Part shown: piece after piece, positions 16,090 to 30,182 of the stretch
Position numbering within the stretch: the stretch's first letter is position 1
Layout of the letters: every line of letters begins with the position of its first letter
Assembly: GCA_964106915.2 (NCBI GenBank)
Contig: OZ066919.1
DNA from: Podarcis gaigeae
Lineage: Eukaryota
Strand: one strand, 5' to 3'
Length of the DNA: 64,000 nucleotides
Position numbers and translations under genes: made by a program
Notes under the pieces: generated by a model
Databases searched by the model: none
The model's input: the letters and a program-made list of their open reading frames with translations, nothing else
What the model was told of the DNA's origin: nothing

Positions 16090-17551
16090 GGCCGAATTCT
16101 CAGTCGTTTAGATCTGAAGTTGGTATGGGAAGTGAAGTATTATAAAGTTGCTTTAGGTAACTGCGACTCTGATAAAGTACAAATCCAACAAAAAAGACGA
16201 TACACACCATTCATTTCAATGAGGCCCAAAAAGAAGCTACAGGACTCTACTGAAATGAATGACATTAGTGCAACATGACTATCTGGTGTGTTCTTTCCAT
16301 TGTTTGCGACCAGTGATTGTAGCTGTAGAAGCCCAACTCTCTAAAAAGCAAGTATGTATGAAGTGTGCAACTGGGGCTTATACTGTGTCCAATATATGCA
16401 TGCACACACAATATGTTGAGGTTAATGAATGGGAACAGGGTAACAATTAAACTGTAACATGCAACTTCAGATCAAGGTGGCTCTTTAGTATTTATGTATC
16501 TAGTCTCCTGTTTTCAGCCCATAATATATAACTGTGATCGAGAAACCTCAAACTTTAGGGATTTGAGGGGAAAGATGTGCCACAAGAAAGGGGAAGATGC
16601 TGGATTTATGGATTCTATTTTTTATACTGCTGCTTCACCTTATTTAAGATTGGAATAATACAGGAAGGTAGACTTTATGGAATAACAACACACACCCCCT
16701 ACAGTGGCTTTCATAACACAGTCTTCTGAAACAAAAATAGACCAAATGCTATTGGGCTATTGGTGTGCAACTGCCTTGCTGTTAAAATTTACCTCCTTTT
16801 TAAGTCTTCTCAGTAGCCAGCAACATGTGCATTTTTCCTTTTGGATAAGGCGTGTTCATATTCAAAGCATTGAAAGGTGGATTTTTTGAAATGGGTGGGA
16901 AAGGGCATCACACACCAAGAAACTTAATAAGGTTTATAAAGGTTTTTTTCCCAATGTTCTGCAACATGAAAGGTTCTGAACAGGGCAGAATACATCCCAA
17001 TGCCTAGAAGCAGAGAAAAGGGTAACAGATGCAGATTCCAGAGACAATATGTAACTTGCAACAATAATTTGACTGAGGGCCATGGCTTCAAGCCCCATGT
17101 TGGACAAAAAGATTCCTGCATTGCAGGGGGGTTGGACTAGATGATCCTTGTGGTCCCTTCCAACTCTACAATTCTGTGTGTGTAATATATGTAGGTTGTG
17201 TTTACACATGAGTATGTTTTAGTCTGAATGGTTAACACTCTTCCCCTTACATTGGAAGGAGTAACAAATCACGAACCCTGGCTTTTACATCCAAGCAGAG
17301 CATTAAGTGTTGGACTTGGCTTACCAGGATTGCTGGTATGAGCGTAACACTAACCAGGGATCACTGGTTATTGTGCTAGAGGATGAGCAATCTGTGTAAT
17401 CACAGTACACAATTAACTATGATTTATTACATGCAAGCCTGGCCCAGTTTTATGTTGCATTAGATAATACACACCCTTGTTTCAAATCATGCTTGAAAGT
17501 GCACCGGGCCTTGTCCTCTACAATCTCAAAAATCTGTTTACTGGCTGAACA

Positions 17552-17676
17552 CAGTGGCGTAGCGTGGGTTGTCAGCACCCAGGGCAAGGCAAGTAATTTG
17601 CGCCCCCTAACCCTAACCCCCAGATGTTGCGCCCGGTGCGCCCGGCCCCCCCTGCACCCCCCACGCTACGCCACTG
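17552..17676. mobile_element. hAT MITE (125 bp)
   Basis: TIRs CAGTGGCGTAGCGTGG / CCACGCTACGCCACTG; 8-bp TSD GCTGAACA. Confidence 0.92.
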
Positions 17677-19829
17677 GCTGAACATTTCCAGTTGTTGGGA
17701 GTTTGGCGACAATGCCTGGTTTAGCTCTTTGCTTCTTCAACAAATGAAACCTCCCTAAACTTTGCAAAATAGTAATTGTAAAATTTATGTCACCTTTATT
17801 CACCTTTTTTAAAGTGCAGAAGCTGGATTGAATAGAGACTTTTACTCTGAAAATAAACATGTACTGAAGTTTAAACACTATAAAAATCATTGGTAAATGT
17901 CATCAACTAGGTGATGACCTACACCCAAAGAAACCAATCTGATAAATTGCTTCTTTTGGGACTGCAAAGGTAAATCCCAGTATTAGTCTTAGTTGCATCA
18001 CCAACCTCCATTTGATAAAAGGTACATAGGACATGGGGGTTAAGAACTGTAGCCAAGGTTCCTTAAATACTGTGCTTTACTAACTGATACTTGAAGGAAC
18101 ATGATACACCAAGTCCTGAATGTATGAAGTGGTATGTAAAGTTAAGTATATGGAATGTGTTAGTTTTTGCTGGTCCAAATCTGGACCAGCTAGAAATCTG
18201 GTCCAGATTTCTAGCTTCCAAGCTAGGTTTGCAGCTTGGATGCAGAAGTTTTTGGTGGTTTAGGATGATTTTTCTATTAATACACTTTTCCTTGATGCAG
18301 AGAGAGAAACTATAGTGGAATTTTCTGTATCTTCTCCCCAGAACTCATTTTATGAAAGTTGTCTTGTTGGCTTGCCCTTTAACCAAAGTTAAGGAAAACA
18401 ACCTCTGAATGAGCTACCATCTTGAAAATTGTCACCATGGAGTCTAGATTAGAACCCATTCATCTGGCTCCTGAGAAGAGGCTGGCTGTTGCCTCATCTG
18501 GCTTTAGTGTCATTAGCATGTGTGGGCAGGCAGCAAAGTTCCTATTTATGTTGAAGTGCTTCTGTTGGCTGCAGATCTAGAAATTTCTCTTCCACACTTG
18601 ATGGAAATTGTTGGTGATCTCTCTACCTATATAATCTGATGCTTCACTAATTAGCAAAACCAATTCTATTTTGCATTTTAGTTAAAGGCATTTAAAATCT
18701 CTGGCACTGAGAGATTAGCTGTAGTTCTCCTGTTTTTAACTGACAGAATATATTGACTATATTTATAAACCTTGTGTTCCTCAATTTCTCGTTCTAAATT
18801 TCTAAAAAAAATGTATTTTCAAATTATTTTTGGAACTTAATCATTTTTCTTAAGAAAAATGCTGTTAAATACTGTTTCTAATAGAACTTGGGAGTTTCAG
18901 CCTTTCCAACCTGCATCAGTACTATTATACTTTTTTATTGTCAGTTGGTTAGTCTTGGATACACAGGGTGGAAGTACCCAGGTGGGCAAAAATGCAAATA
19001 TTACAAATAACTTTATTAAATATAATTATTACAAATAACTGAATTTGTATGGCACTGGTTCAATATTCTTTTACATCTGAATTGTCTTTAGCTACTTATT
19101 CCCAACAGTTTTGGCTACCTAGTTACAATGTTTTAAGTTATAACTTGCTTAGAGTTAGATTCATTTTTGCAGATGAGTCTGAGCTTAAAGGGGGATTCAT
19201 ACTGGGGGCATTACAATGTTATGAAAAGAATTCCTTGCAAAAGAATCCATTTGTTCTTGCCGATTCTTGAATAAGAAAATCCCACCTAACTACTGTGCTT
19301 ACAAGCCTCTTAGGTATAAATACTGCTGAAGTTAATAATACTTTACTGTGGGCCGAAAAGTTGTTTCCATTGGGATTTAAGTGATCTGAATTGCATCCTT
19401 AGTTACTACAGTCTATGCTTCATTTCTATGAGAAATTGATTGCTGTCTTATGCTGAGTGAATTGAGTCAACACTGGGCCTTTTAGCACAATAGCCTCAGT
19501 TCATTTTGAAATATTTAGGACACATTTTCTTGCTCCACTCAAGATTATAAAAGCTATAGACTAGAGCATAAGAAGTATTTGACTTCACAGATGGCGCAAG
19601 ATAGGCTGTGACTGTTTGAGCCTTATTCCTTTCAGCCTAGTGTTTAATAACCAGCTGTACATTTTGTGCTATCAGTTAAATATCTCATTCTAAAAGGCAG
19701 CGAACAATCTTCATCTTGGGTACTCTCCATTTGCACATACAATTCTATTCAGAGATACTGCACATTCTAGCGATTTGTCAGCAATCAAGGCTGAAAATCA
19801 AGAGTTACTGTTGGTAAGTGACCCTTTTG

Positions 19830-19938
19830 TCATACAGAGCTTTTCCCTTTAATGTCCATCTTGATGCTAACTTCAGACTGCTTGTTCAGTTGCTCTTCTG
19901 TAAAGGTGATGTAAGAATACACCAGGCTTCCAGCAATA
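19830..19938 (-). CDS. SLC35D1: SLC35D1 exon 12 (terminal coding)
   Basis: (S)[35 protein letters not shown]; C-terminal KxKxxx resembles a di-lysine ER retrieval signal. Confidence 0.96.
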
Positions 19939-21303
19939 CTGCAAGACACAGATTTTTCAGGTGAAAAATACAGTTTAAACTCAGTTCTCTTGAGTCATAG
20001 TAAGTAAACTCAATTTGTATTTTATATTCTACTAAACACTACAGGTAGGTAGTTGAATTAGGTGGCAAGAACATGTTATCAGGTTTGTGGTGTTAAAAGC
20101 TGTAAATGTAATGAATTGCTGCCTCTGCCTGGCTTCAGTTGTGTGGTTCTTCACAACAGCTGTAGTTTTCTAACCTCTTACAACTCCCTGATCCTACCCA
20201 GAAAAAAGTTAGGCTTTCATTCCGTATGTATTTATGGCACACAAAGCCTGCTTTTCTGTTCTCAACTGTAAGTGAAATTGTAACCGCCTTTCCACACTAG
20301 GGGGAAGTATGGTGCTTTTTAAATAGGTATACAGTGGTGCCTCGCAAGACGAAATTAATTCGTTCCGCAAGTTTTTTCTTGCCGCCAAGTCCCTCTGCTG
20401 CCAATGGCCCATTATTGAAAGCAGCACCAGTAGCAGGGACTGAGGAGCAGCATCTGTTTCACCCGTACTATTGCATTCTGCCCCTCATACCAGTCCTGGA
20501 CATATTGATACATCCCCCTGGCCTATTCTGTAGCTATGACACTCAATGAAAGATGCTACTATAAATACCATACTGCATTGCTTTTCCAGCTCCGCCCCCC
20601 GCCAGGAGTACTTTAATCATCACACACATAAATATACCTACACTACTGTTACAGTGACTGTACCTACACTACTGTTAGTGACTGTAGGCTTAAGCTTTGA
20701 TTGGTTGACACACACACCACATCACTAATGTGCCTAAAGGCATCTATAGGTGTCAAGTATTACTCTTCTTCTTTTTCCCGAAAAGAAGGCAACTGTTTAA
20801 CTATGGTCAAAGACCAGGTAATCTCCGTGAAGGCAAAATGTACTGGGAAACATATACTCGGGAAGGAGTAAATTTAGAATTAGTACAGAAGTCAAGTAAC
20901 CAGTGAAACGGTTGTCGGTGGAGCAGTCAAATGCTCCAGGCAGCCAAAACTTTTCCTGTGGGAAGTGACAGCTTCCTTTATCATTTGTTAGTGAATTAAC
21001 CCGGAAGGAGCCAAAGGTAGGGGAATGAACATACAGACACACTCGTTATGAATCAAGGTGTGCTTATCCTACCCTAATGTGTGTATTAAGAAATGTCCTC
21101 TAATTGTATGAGATTCAGTTTCAATTTTTCCTCTAAACTGCAGTTCCAGAAATCCTTATTTTTATTTCAAGTCACTTTCAGTAAAAAACTATATGCTTTT
21201 CTATACAGAAGTCATATTGATTTCAATGCTGCTTAGTTCCAGGTATGTGGATATGAGATTACAACATTTGCCACTTATGAGCTCCCCAACAGTTTTGCAC
21301 TTA

Positions 21304-21408
<105 letters not shown>

Positions 21409-21778
21409 TCAGACAGTTTTCTGTTGCTTTTTCAACATTTGTGAGATGTTAGCAAGGGGAAAATGTTACAGATAAGTCTTAAGCCTTACACTGAAAGAGC
21501 TAGCAGAATATTCTACTGAAAGTAAATAGGGGCTCTACAAAAGGTGGCACAAACTGCAAATGACAGTCTTTGTATTCACACTTCATCTTTTCGTTATCTT
21601 CCCATAAACACCATTCTCTCTTGCATAGCCCAAACCTTCAAGTCAGAGCACAGGCTCTTCTACATATCAGATTTGAGGCAACAAAACATTTTCAAAGCTA
21701 TTATTTACCCTTCCTTCCCTATGATGCACCAAGACCAGTATGGCACAACAGATCCCAAACAACTAACATGGAGTATTA

Positions 21779-21913
<135 letters not shown>

Positions 21914-22268
21914 TTAAAAAAAAACATGTAAAATACTACCAAGCTGGGCAGAAAGTAGTAGTATACTGAACAATTTCTGGTGCCTGCTGGTTTCTGAGAT
22001 TCTGGCAAAGAATGTTCAACTACAAATACCTAGATCGGCAAATGAGTTAAGTGCAACATACCGTCAAGCCCTCATATGCCTGGAGTCCACATGTACAGCA
22101 TGGTAGCAGCATTCAGACTCTCAGCCCAGAGGGATATGCATAGTCTGCATATTTCTTTTCAGCTGGTGTGGCTGGCCTGCTGTTACTGACCGAAAGCAGC
22201 TATGCTCACTAATCCATAGTTGTAAGAATACAGTGTCTCTTAGGAGAAAAAAAAGTCAAGTATCTTAC

Positions 22269-22336
22269 CCCATTACACATGACAGTGTAAACTGTATAAG
22301 GAAAAGTTTGTCTGACCAGCCTTTATATTCCATTGC
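22269..22336 (-). CDS. SLC35D1: SLC35D1 exon 9
   Basis: AMEYKGWSDKLFLIQFTLSCVMG; AG/GT. Confidence 0.96.
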
Positions 22337-22403
22337 CTAGAAGCAAAACAAATACAGTATCTTAGCAAAAAAGCTAAAATTGCAGAAGTGCTGAACCAAC
22401 ACT

Positions 22404-22685
22404 GGCTTCCGGTTTGCCGCAGGACGGAAGATGGCACGAGGTCAGAAGGACTCTATCGCTAACAGGCTTTGAGGCGGCAGACGCGAAGGCTACATACCCC
22501 CCCCAACCCCCAAGAGGGAGACTTAGGGCCGGCATAGAAGCAGCGGCGTCAAAGAGGAGTTTCCTGGTCTAGGGGCCAGTCCCGACACAAGAGATTAGCA
22601 ACCTGTGACGAGCAGCCTCATGCAGGTTCCGGGAAGCAGTAAATCTCCATATCCCCATAATTTAATAGAGCGGAAAAGGGAACCT
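22404..22685 (+). mobile_element. Probable L1/Tx1-type LINE 5' UTR fragment
   Basis: Begins GGCTTCCGG...AAGATGGC (ETS and YY1 motifs typical of L1 5' ends); CpG-rich patch in an AT-rich intron. Confidence 0.45.
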
Positions 22686-23206
22686 TACAAAAGAAACTTA
22701 CAATTGAACAAATAAATCTGGCATAAAGAAAGGGGGTAAAAAGGGATATTGGAGCAATAGAAAATGGGGCAGTACAATATTTTCACATACACTTTACTAA
22801 CACATGTCCATTTTTGTATATGTGCCCAATCCCATATGCGTATGCCAAAGACCTCATCAGGCAGCATTCACAAATTGTATCCTCAATTATGTAACATCTT
22901 TAAAATTACACAGGAAATTACTCAAATGAGCCAATCTGTAAATATTCCAAATGACTGTCATATTAAATGGGGAACCTATGCCAACACTCTCTCATCTTTG
23001 GCCTAGCTTTTTAAAGCACTCTACGTCTGTCCTTAGCATCTCCACTGAAGAAATGTAATGTGTATCAAAGGGATCATGAGCTAGGCAGCAGGGTGTGGGG
23101 CTCTTGTGTACCTGGGGTTAGGGATTGGGGGTTTTCTGAGTGTGTGTGTGGTAATGCTCAAGTATGTCCTGTGTATGTGTACTTGAGTGTTGGAGGAAGA
23201 AGTATA

Positions 23207-23364
23207 CAGTGATACCTCTGGTTACGAACCTTAGTCGTTCCAGAGGTCCGTTCTTAACCTGAGGCACCACTTTAGCTAATGGGGCCTCCCACTGCCGCCT
23301 GAGGTACTACTTCTGGGTTAGCGGAGTCTATAACCCGAAGTGTTTGTAACCCGAGGTACCACTG
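23207..23364. mobile_element. Tc1/mariner-type MITE, internally deleted, reverse orientation
   Basis: TIRs CAGTGATACCTCTGGTTA / TAACCCGAGGTACCACTG, TA TSD. Confidence 0.85.
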
Positions 23365-24644
23365 TATGTGGCTGCAGTTTGGGGGGTGGGGTGGGCACCT
23401 TGTATATTCTACTAATACTAGGATACACTCCCTGTAAGCAGAAGCAAATGATGTGAAAATACAGTGTTGAAACCTGAACACTGCAAAACGGTTATCATTT
23501 CTGCAGCATACACCTTAACTATGCCTCCCACTTATTAGAAGATTATATTAAAGAAGTAACACAATGAGCATTTCAGGAGAAAAATGTTTAAAGAAATTAA
23601 ATACTAGTTTTGACACTAATCGGCTGCTTTAAAAATGAGGAAAAATTACTGTTGAATCTAGACTAGAAACATTTGACACACAGACATATAAGCCTACCAG
23701 TTTATCAGTTGGCTACAAAGAGGAAGTTGCAAAATGCACCAGCTCAAACCCAGCACTACCTTCAGATTTCCAAAGACAACCTGCAACATACTGCACGAAC
23801 TGTACCCATGCTTAAACTAAATGCAGCAACACTCAACTGCTGGAATTTAGAAATCTACAGCAAAGCGTAGTGCTAGAAGCAGGTCAGATCACTCCATTAA
23901 TTTCCCATCTCAGAACTGACCTATTCCTCTTGGCCTTTTTGGCATCAAAAGAGACATTTGTAAGTATACAATTATCTATAATAATGTATATGAAAGCTTA
24001 CAAAGACAGTGATCATTACGAATAATATTACTGGCAGGATCACAAGTGCACAGCGAAATGACTAGCAATAGTGTCTGAACAATCCAGCAATAGCTAAAAT
24101 CCTGGGTAAGTTCTACATCACTTTGTGGTCTATGTACACACAAATATCTGGCACCCACAGAGGTCCCCTGTCAATAAAGGCTTGGCTGTGTCCCCAAGGT
24201 CAGACTTTTTTTTAATGTAAAACTGTTTTCAGTCATCAGCTATTTGATATACCTTAGAGAATTAGCATCAAAAACAGCAAAAAGTATTAACAGCAAGAGA
24301 ACAGCCCTAAAGTATATCTCAAAAGGTCCAACTAAAATGTGTAGTAAAATCAATTAAAGCGTATCCTTGTGGCACCCTTTCCCAACATTCTCAGAGCTTG
24401 CTAAAATCAGAGGAGAAAAGCAACAGCAGGAATGAGAGACAACCTTGCTTGACCCATAACAACATATGAGATAAGCAATTCTTTGTAGGAAAACAGACAG
24501 TAATAATTCTGTAGAACCTCTCCCTTTTGACATGGCTTGCTTGCTTTCTTATATGCAGTGTCTTTGGCTGTAGCATCCAACCAAGGCACTTATGTGTTAT
24601 GATCAAGCAACAGAACTTACTGCTGGGTTCTGCTGGTGTAAATA

Positions 24645-25162
24645 CTGTATTTTTTGCCCTATAGGACACACTTTCCCCCCTCCAAAAATGAAGGGGAAAT
24701 CTGGGTGCGTCCTATGGGGCGAATGCAGGCTTTCGCTGAAGCTTGGAGAGCGAGAGGGGTCGGTGCGCACCGACCCCTCTCGCTCTCCAGGCTTCAGGAA
24801 GACATCCGCAGCCTGCTTCCCAGAGCGCCCGGCGCGCTGAAAGCAGAGCGCCCGGCGCTTTGGGAACACATCCGCAGCCTAGGCAACCCTGCGGGAGTTC
24901 CTGCAGGGCTGTCTAGGCTGCGGATAGCAGCCTGCCGCCTGGCATGAGGGGCGCCCTGAAGCAGAGCGCCCTGTGCGCCGGGCAGACATCGGCCAGCCCC
25001 ACAAGCTCGGGGGACAGCAGGGAGGCGCAGCGCCGCCACCCCACTGTTCCTCGACCTGGTTCGGTTTCCCCAACCTGGTTTTGGGGGGGAAATAAAGGAA
25101 AAAAACTTTATTTCCCCCCCCAAAAAAAAACCTAGGTGCGTCCTATGGGACAAAAAATACGG
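24645..25162. mobile_element. pogo/Tigger-like non-autonomous element with internal palindromes
   Basis: TIRs CTGTATTTTTTGCCCTATAGGAC / GTCCTATGGGACAAAAAATACGG, TA TSD. Confidence 0.85.
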
Positions 25163-27431
25163 TAATAAGTGTCACAGATGTACTTTTCCAGAGCTTTAAT
25201 AGCTGGATGATAAATTTACTCACAAGTGCTCTATGGTTGGAACTAGACAGATTTTAAAGGAACTAAACTGCCAAGCATTGGCGTAAATTCTAATTCTCTT
25301 GGCTCGTATTTAACTTTATCAAGTTTATCAACTTGGATTAAGAGGGGATGGTGCTGTGTGTAAAAAGCAGAGCCACGGCCTTAGAAATATGTATCTACGA
25401 CAAAGCCAATGATTTCCCAGCTCTGTGAATGTTGAGCTTCCTGGATGTTTAACAGAGCAGACTTTGTTCACCTGAACTGCCAAGAGCTTGCCAGGGGAGA
25501 AGAAAGTTTATCCAAAAATTAGTAGCTTAAGATATTTACACATACTGTGAATGCAAACTGCAGAGTCTAGAACAGTGCTGGTATTCTCCTCCTCACTTAA
25601 TTGGTGCACATATTTCTAACTGAATACTTTTCCCCCCTCCCACAAATACATAAACACTGAGATGCTATTTTCTATCTCAAGAGGAGGTTCTTAAAATGCA
25701 ATGTGAGAAGGATTCCAGGAGAGAGGGAGGCAGCCAAAGACCACATTGGAGCCTGCTCCAGCTGCACTCTCCCCTTCCCACTGTCACAGGGGATCTATCA
25801 TCAACCGTCCAGAGGAAACAATTCCAGGTGAGAGGGAGGCAGGTAAACAGGGCATCAGGGCACTCTCCAGCTGGACTGTTTCCTTCCCATCAACTCTCCA
25901 GTGGGAAGGATCCTGATGGCAGGATGTGCCTTTTGATATTGTTGTGCTCCCCCCCCCCCCAATATAGCAACTTAGTGGGCTGTTTTTTTTGTAAGCCACC
26001 CTGGAAGGATTTGAAAGATAATTGTAATTATTCAGTCCACTCTTTAGCTGTGACCAATGCAAGTGTTTGGTATCAAATACTGTATCCAGGGTTGTTTATA
26101 ACAGGGTATGGGGAAACTGTGGCCTACTGGGTATTGCTGAACTAATGGTTCCTATCAGAAACTTTATGGATATTAGTTAATCAAGCATACATCTTGTCAA
26201 GCTAGGTCAAGAAGTCTCTCCAAAAAGGCACCTGTGGATCTGGATGTTCAACACCTTCCGCCCCCCTGTTAACACATGGAAGAAATATGGGAACCAGTTC
26301 TCTACAAATTACCTTCTTTCACAAAACCCTGTGGTTCTCTCGATGATAGACTTGTTCATATTTCAGCTACATATATCCTGATATATGACACAACATAGGT
26401 GTTCTGGGTTTACTCCAATTTTTCCCTCACAGTGATGTGAAGAATTCCTTAGAGGCATGCTGTGACATATTTGCTACAAATTTAAAGAAGTAAATAGGTC
26501 ATAGTAACACAGTATTGTGCCCAAAGCACTGTTTAGTCATCGTTTTGTTGGTGGAGTTTCAGCTCTGGCAACCTGAGGATGTGGGCAGAGCATCTCACGT
26601 GTCTGCTTATCGCTTGGGTTGGCTGCCTGGGTCCCAAGGCAATAAATGCCTTCTTGGGAGAGGAAATGGCCCTGTCTGTCCTGAAAATGGCAATTAAAAG
26701 GCCACTCCTAAAGAAGGCCTCTCTAGACAACAAGGATTGTAGTAATTATTGGCCAAGAATGAACATTCACTTCTCAAGCAAGTTGCTCTGGAGTGGGTGA
26801 CTCCTGGTAGCTGCAGGCATTTTTGGATGAAACTCTCTAGATCCATTCCATGCTGGCTTCAGGCACAGAAACTGCCTTGGTGGAGTAACCTATGCCAAGA
26901 GGACAAGGAAAAGCTCCACAGATGCTGCAACCAACTGCAGCATGGACCTTGCAGAGCACTGGCTGCGCAGCCACAGCATCTGCAAATATTGTTGCCCCAA
27001 CTGATCACACACATTACAGAAGTTGTGTCAATGCTAGGCACTGCCCCTGCAATTCCTGCATCAACTCTTAACATTGCTATGGATTATTTAGTGGTCGCTG
27101 CTAAGGAAAATAGCAATGGCAGATAACTTAGGACCATAGTATTGGCTTCCCAGGGACAATTCACATACTAGTATCATCTCACTGAAACCAATGCCAATAT
27201 AAGTGGGCCTTTCTCAATTGCTTCCCTTCCACGTATACCTTTGAAATTGTGCACTTTTTTACTTGCAGTCATGACAAATGCCAAGATTTTTAAAACTGTT
27301 CTGAATTAAAACTAAACAGTAACGTATTTAGACATCCTAGTACACAACACCATAAACTGCATTTTTTAAAAAAGCCCACAAAACTGTATTTCACAATTAC
27401 TGACCTATGGACACAAGCAATATAGTTTTCA

Positions 27432-27629
<198 letters not shown>

Positions 27630-28973
27630 TCACAAAACGAGACCTCATCCATCATCTCCTACAAGCATTATAAATGTAGCATCCTGTCTGAGTCCTTGAG
27701 ACACAAATCAGCTTCATGTTTCCCCATGGTGCAAATCAGCAATGATATAAATAATATAGCTGGCAAAACTTGTTTTCTATTTCTTAAAGATAACATCTAC
27801 TTTAAATCAAAAGTATATGAAATTATTTTTTAAAAACCCCAAATAGCTATTAAAGCATATATACTTTACTGTTTACCTTACCTATTGATGGATATAAAAG
27901 AGAGACCATAAGCACAAATACGATTTTTATACAAACCATCTGCCCCCCCCCCCCAATCATTTGCCTAGTACAGCTGCAATACTTAAACTCTGCAAAACAT
28001 AGTAAGTTGGGAGCCTGCATTGGGAATGTATATTGTTCTCCTCTCTAGAGCAAGTTGCCACCCACCCTTTAAATACAGAGCTTGAAACTACTGGGGTTAT
28101 TAAGGTCTTAACCACAGATAGCACTGATGCAAACACTCTGCTTCATTGTGATTTAGGGTGAAGGAACAAACATTCCCAAGTCTGGCTCTTGATTTACTAA
28201 CTGTAGATAAGAGGGAGCCAAGGCTGGCTTCTTGGTCAACTAGCCAAAGTTAAAAGGAAGGCAGTATTATATCTGTACTGATCCACAGACCTTTCCTTTT
28301 AACTAGTACATAATGTAGCTAACCTAATAACTCTATCCTAAACATATATGTTACTGGCAGGCTGTCGTAACATTAATAAACAATTGCATTTTTCATTACC
28401 GTACTGGTCTAACTGTTTATGTTTTCCATCCTGGCTATCATCTATTGGCACAGTAAGTTTCATGACATAATCATAAAATAAATACTTTTATCTCAGTACA
28501 AGTGAACCAGATTACATGCATTAACTTCAAGCCCCTTTGGAAGTCTGATCATTTAATATTGGTGTGAAATAGTTTCATGCCCCAAGTGGTCATGGTGTCA
28601 TAGAACACAATGTTAGAATGATTCTAGTTTTATGAATATGATACAAATAAAACAAACCCCAACCACCAGCAGAAATTAAATGCCGTATTTGAATGAGCTT
28701 TGGTCCAATACAGTATGTTTCTTATGGGCCTAATTCTGGCCTATGTTTACTTGTGCGCGCTATCCTAAACATTTGCAAATTGTTAGAATAATATGTACAT
28801 GGTGTTACAGATGTTTGTGCAGCAGCAGAGCAAAATGAAAAATAATATATAGGACAGGACAGCCACACTGTTGAAAAATGAGTATTTTCCCCCAGAAAGC
28901 AGTAACTTATTCATCCTTTACTGATCTATAAAGTGGAAAGCTGTTTTAAAATGAAGTAGCAAGCTGAACCTAC

Positions 28974-29076
28974 CTTGGAATCTAGTTTCTGTTTTACATA
29001 TGCACCGTTTGCAGCTGTCAAGACATCATTAATCAAGATAAACACATAGCCTTCCAGATCAAATGCCAGATCAGAA
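28974..29076 (-). CDS. SLC35D1: SLC35D1 exon 7
   Basis: [34 protein letters not shown]; AG/GT. Confidence 0.97.
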
Positions 29077-29200
29077 CTAGGGGCAAGAGAAGGTAATATT
29101 TAAAATCAAAGAGAAAACATAATCATGATAATTACTGAACAACTGCAATCTGCAAGCAGAGCAGGATTCTGTACAAGGATCACATTTGCAGATTAGATCC

Positions 29201-29449
29201 AAGAAGAAGAGGAAGAGTTTGGATTTGATATCCTGCTTTATCATTACCCTAAGGAGTCTCAAAGCGGCTAACATTCTCCTTTCCCTTCCTCCCCCACAAC
29301 AAACACTCTGTGAGGTGAGTGGGGCTGAGAGACTTCAGAGAAGTGTGACTGGCCCAAGGTCACCCAGCAGCTGCATGTGGAGGAGCGAAGACACGAACCC
29401 GGTTCCCCAGATTACGAGACTACCGCTCTTAACCACTACACCACACTGG
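29201..29449 (-). mobile_element. tRNA/CORE-type SINE (Squam2-like)
   Basis: Minus-strand head CCAGTGTGGTGTAGTGGTTAAGAGCGG, CORE-like TGGGTGACCTTGGGCCAGTCAC, (CTT)n tail. Confidence 0.8.
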
Positions 29450-29543
29450 TGGTGCACAAGGGAAGACCCCACTGTATCCAGTATATGCATGATCAGTCCT
29501 GCCATTTATGGTGGCACTGATCACCCATCTACAGGTGTAGATG

Positions 29544-29850
29544 TCAGGATCCCCAAGGATGTGCTCTATGGGGAGCTGGCTTCAGGCACCAGTCCCACTG
29601 GCAGACCAACTCTGTGTTACAAAGATGTCTGCAACCTGACTCCGCAGTGTAGGAATCCCTTGTAGATGCCTGCAGTGCCTGGAGACAGACAGGTTGTGAC
29701 CAGGAGGAATGACTGCTGGGAGGAGTGCAGAGAGAAGAAAGCCATGGTGCATCTGCAGCAACACAGCCAGACACCTTCATCTTCTCCAGCTGCAACCAAA
29801 CAGGTCTCTCCCATATTGGTCTCCTGAGTGCAAAACCTTAGGGGCCACTT
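29544..29850 (+). mobile_element. RTE-clade LINE 3' fragment
   Basis: RIPKDVLYGELASGTSPTGRPTLCYKDVC is the typical RTE ORF C-terminal motif. Confidence 0.8.
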
Positions 29851-30113
29851 TAGACACATCCAGGTATTTCTAGCTCTGCTTCAGAACTGCCTGCCAGGGA
29901 AGCCTTCATTTTCGACAAAAACTTCAAATTATTCTAGTCCACTAATTTATACGTCAGACAATCGTATATTGCCTTAGTTTTTCCAGGGCTTCAACTGAAT
30001 TTCTATTGACCTTTCCAACAGCTAACCAGAATATTTTAAGAAGCTAGTTGAGGAACAAGCTCATAAAAAACCTGAACAATATTCAAGCTCCTTTTAATAA
30101 TGGTATACCGTAC

Positions 30114-30182
30114 CTTGCAGCTACAAATGCACCAATTATCATTGCAAATACTGTCATCTGAATTCTCCAAGAAAATTTCTTC
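30114..30182 (-). CDS. SLC35D1: SLC35D1 exon 6
   Basis: [22 protein letters not shown]; AG/GT. Confidence 0.97.

Noticed and set aside
24407-24589. LLISYVVMG peptide as a possible duplicate of SLC35D1 exon 9
   Set aside because: Similarity is limited to VMG with no convincing splice sites; the true exon 9 is at 22269-22336
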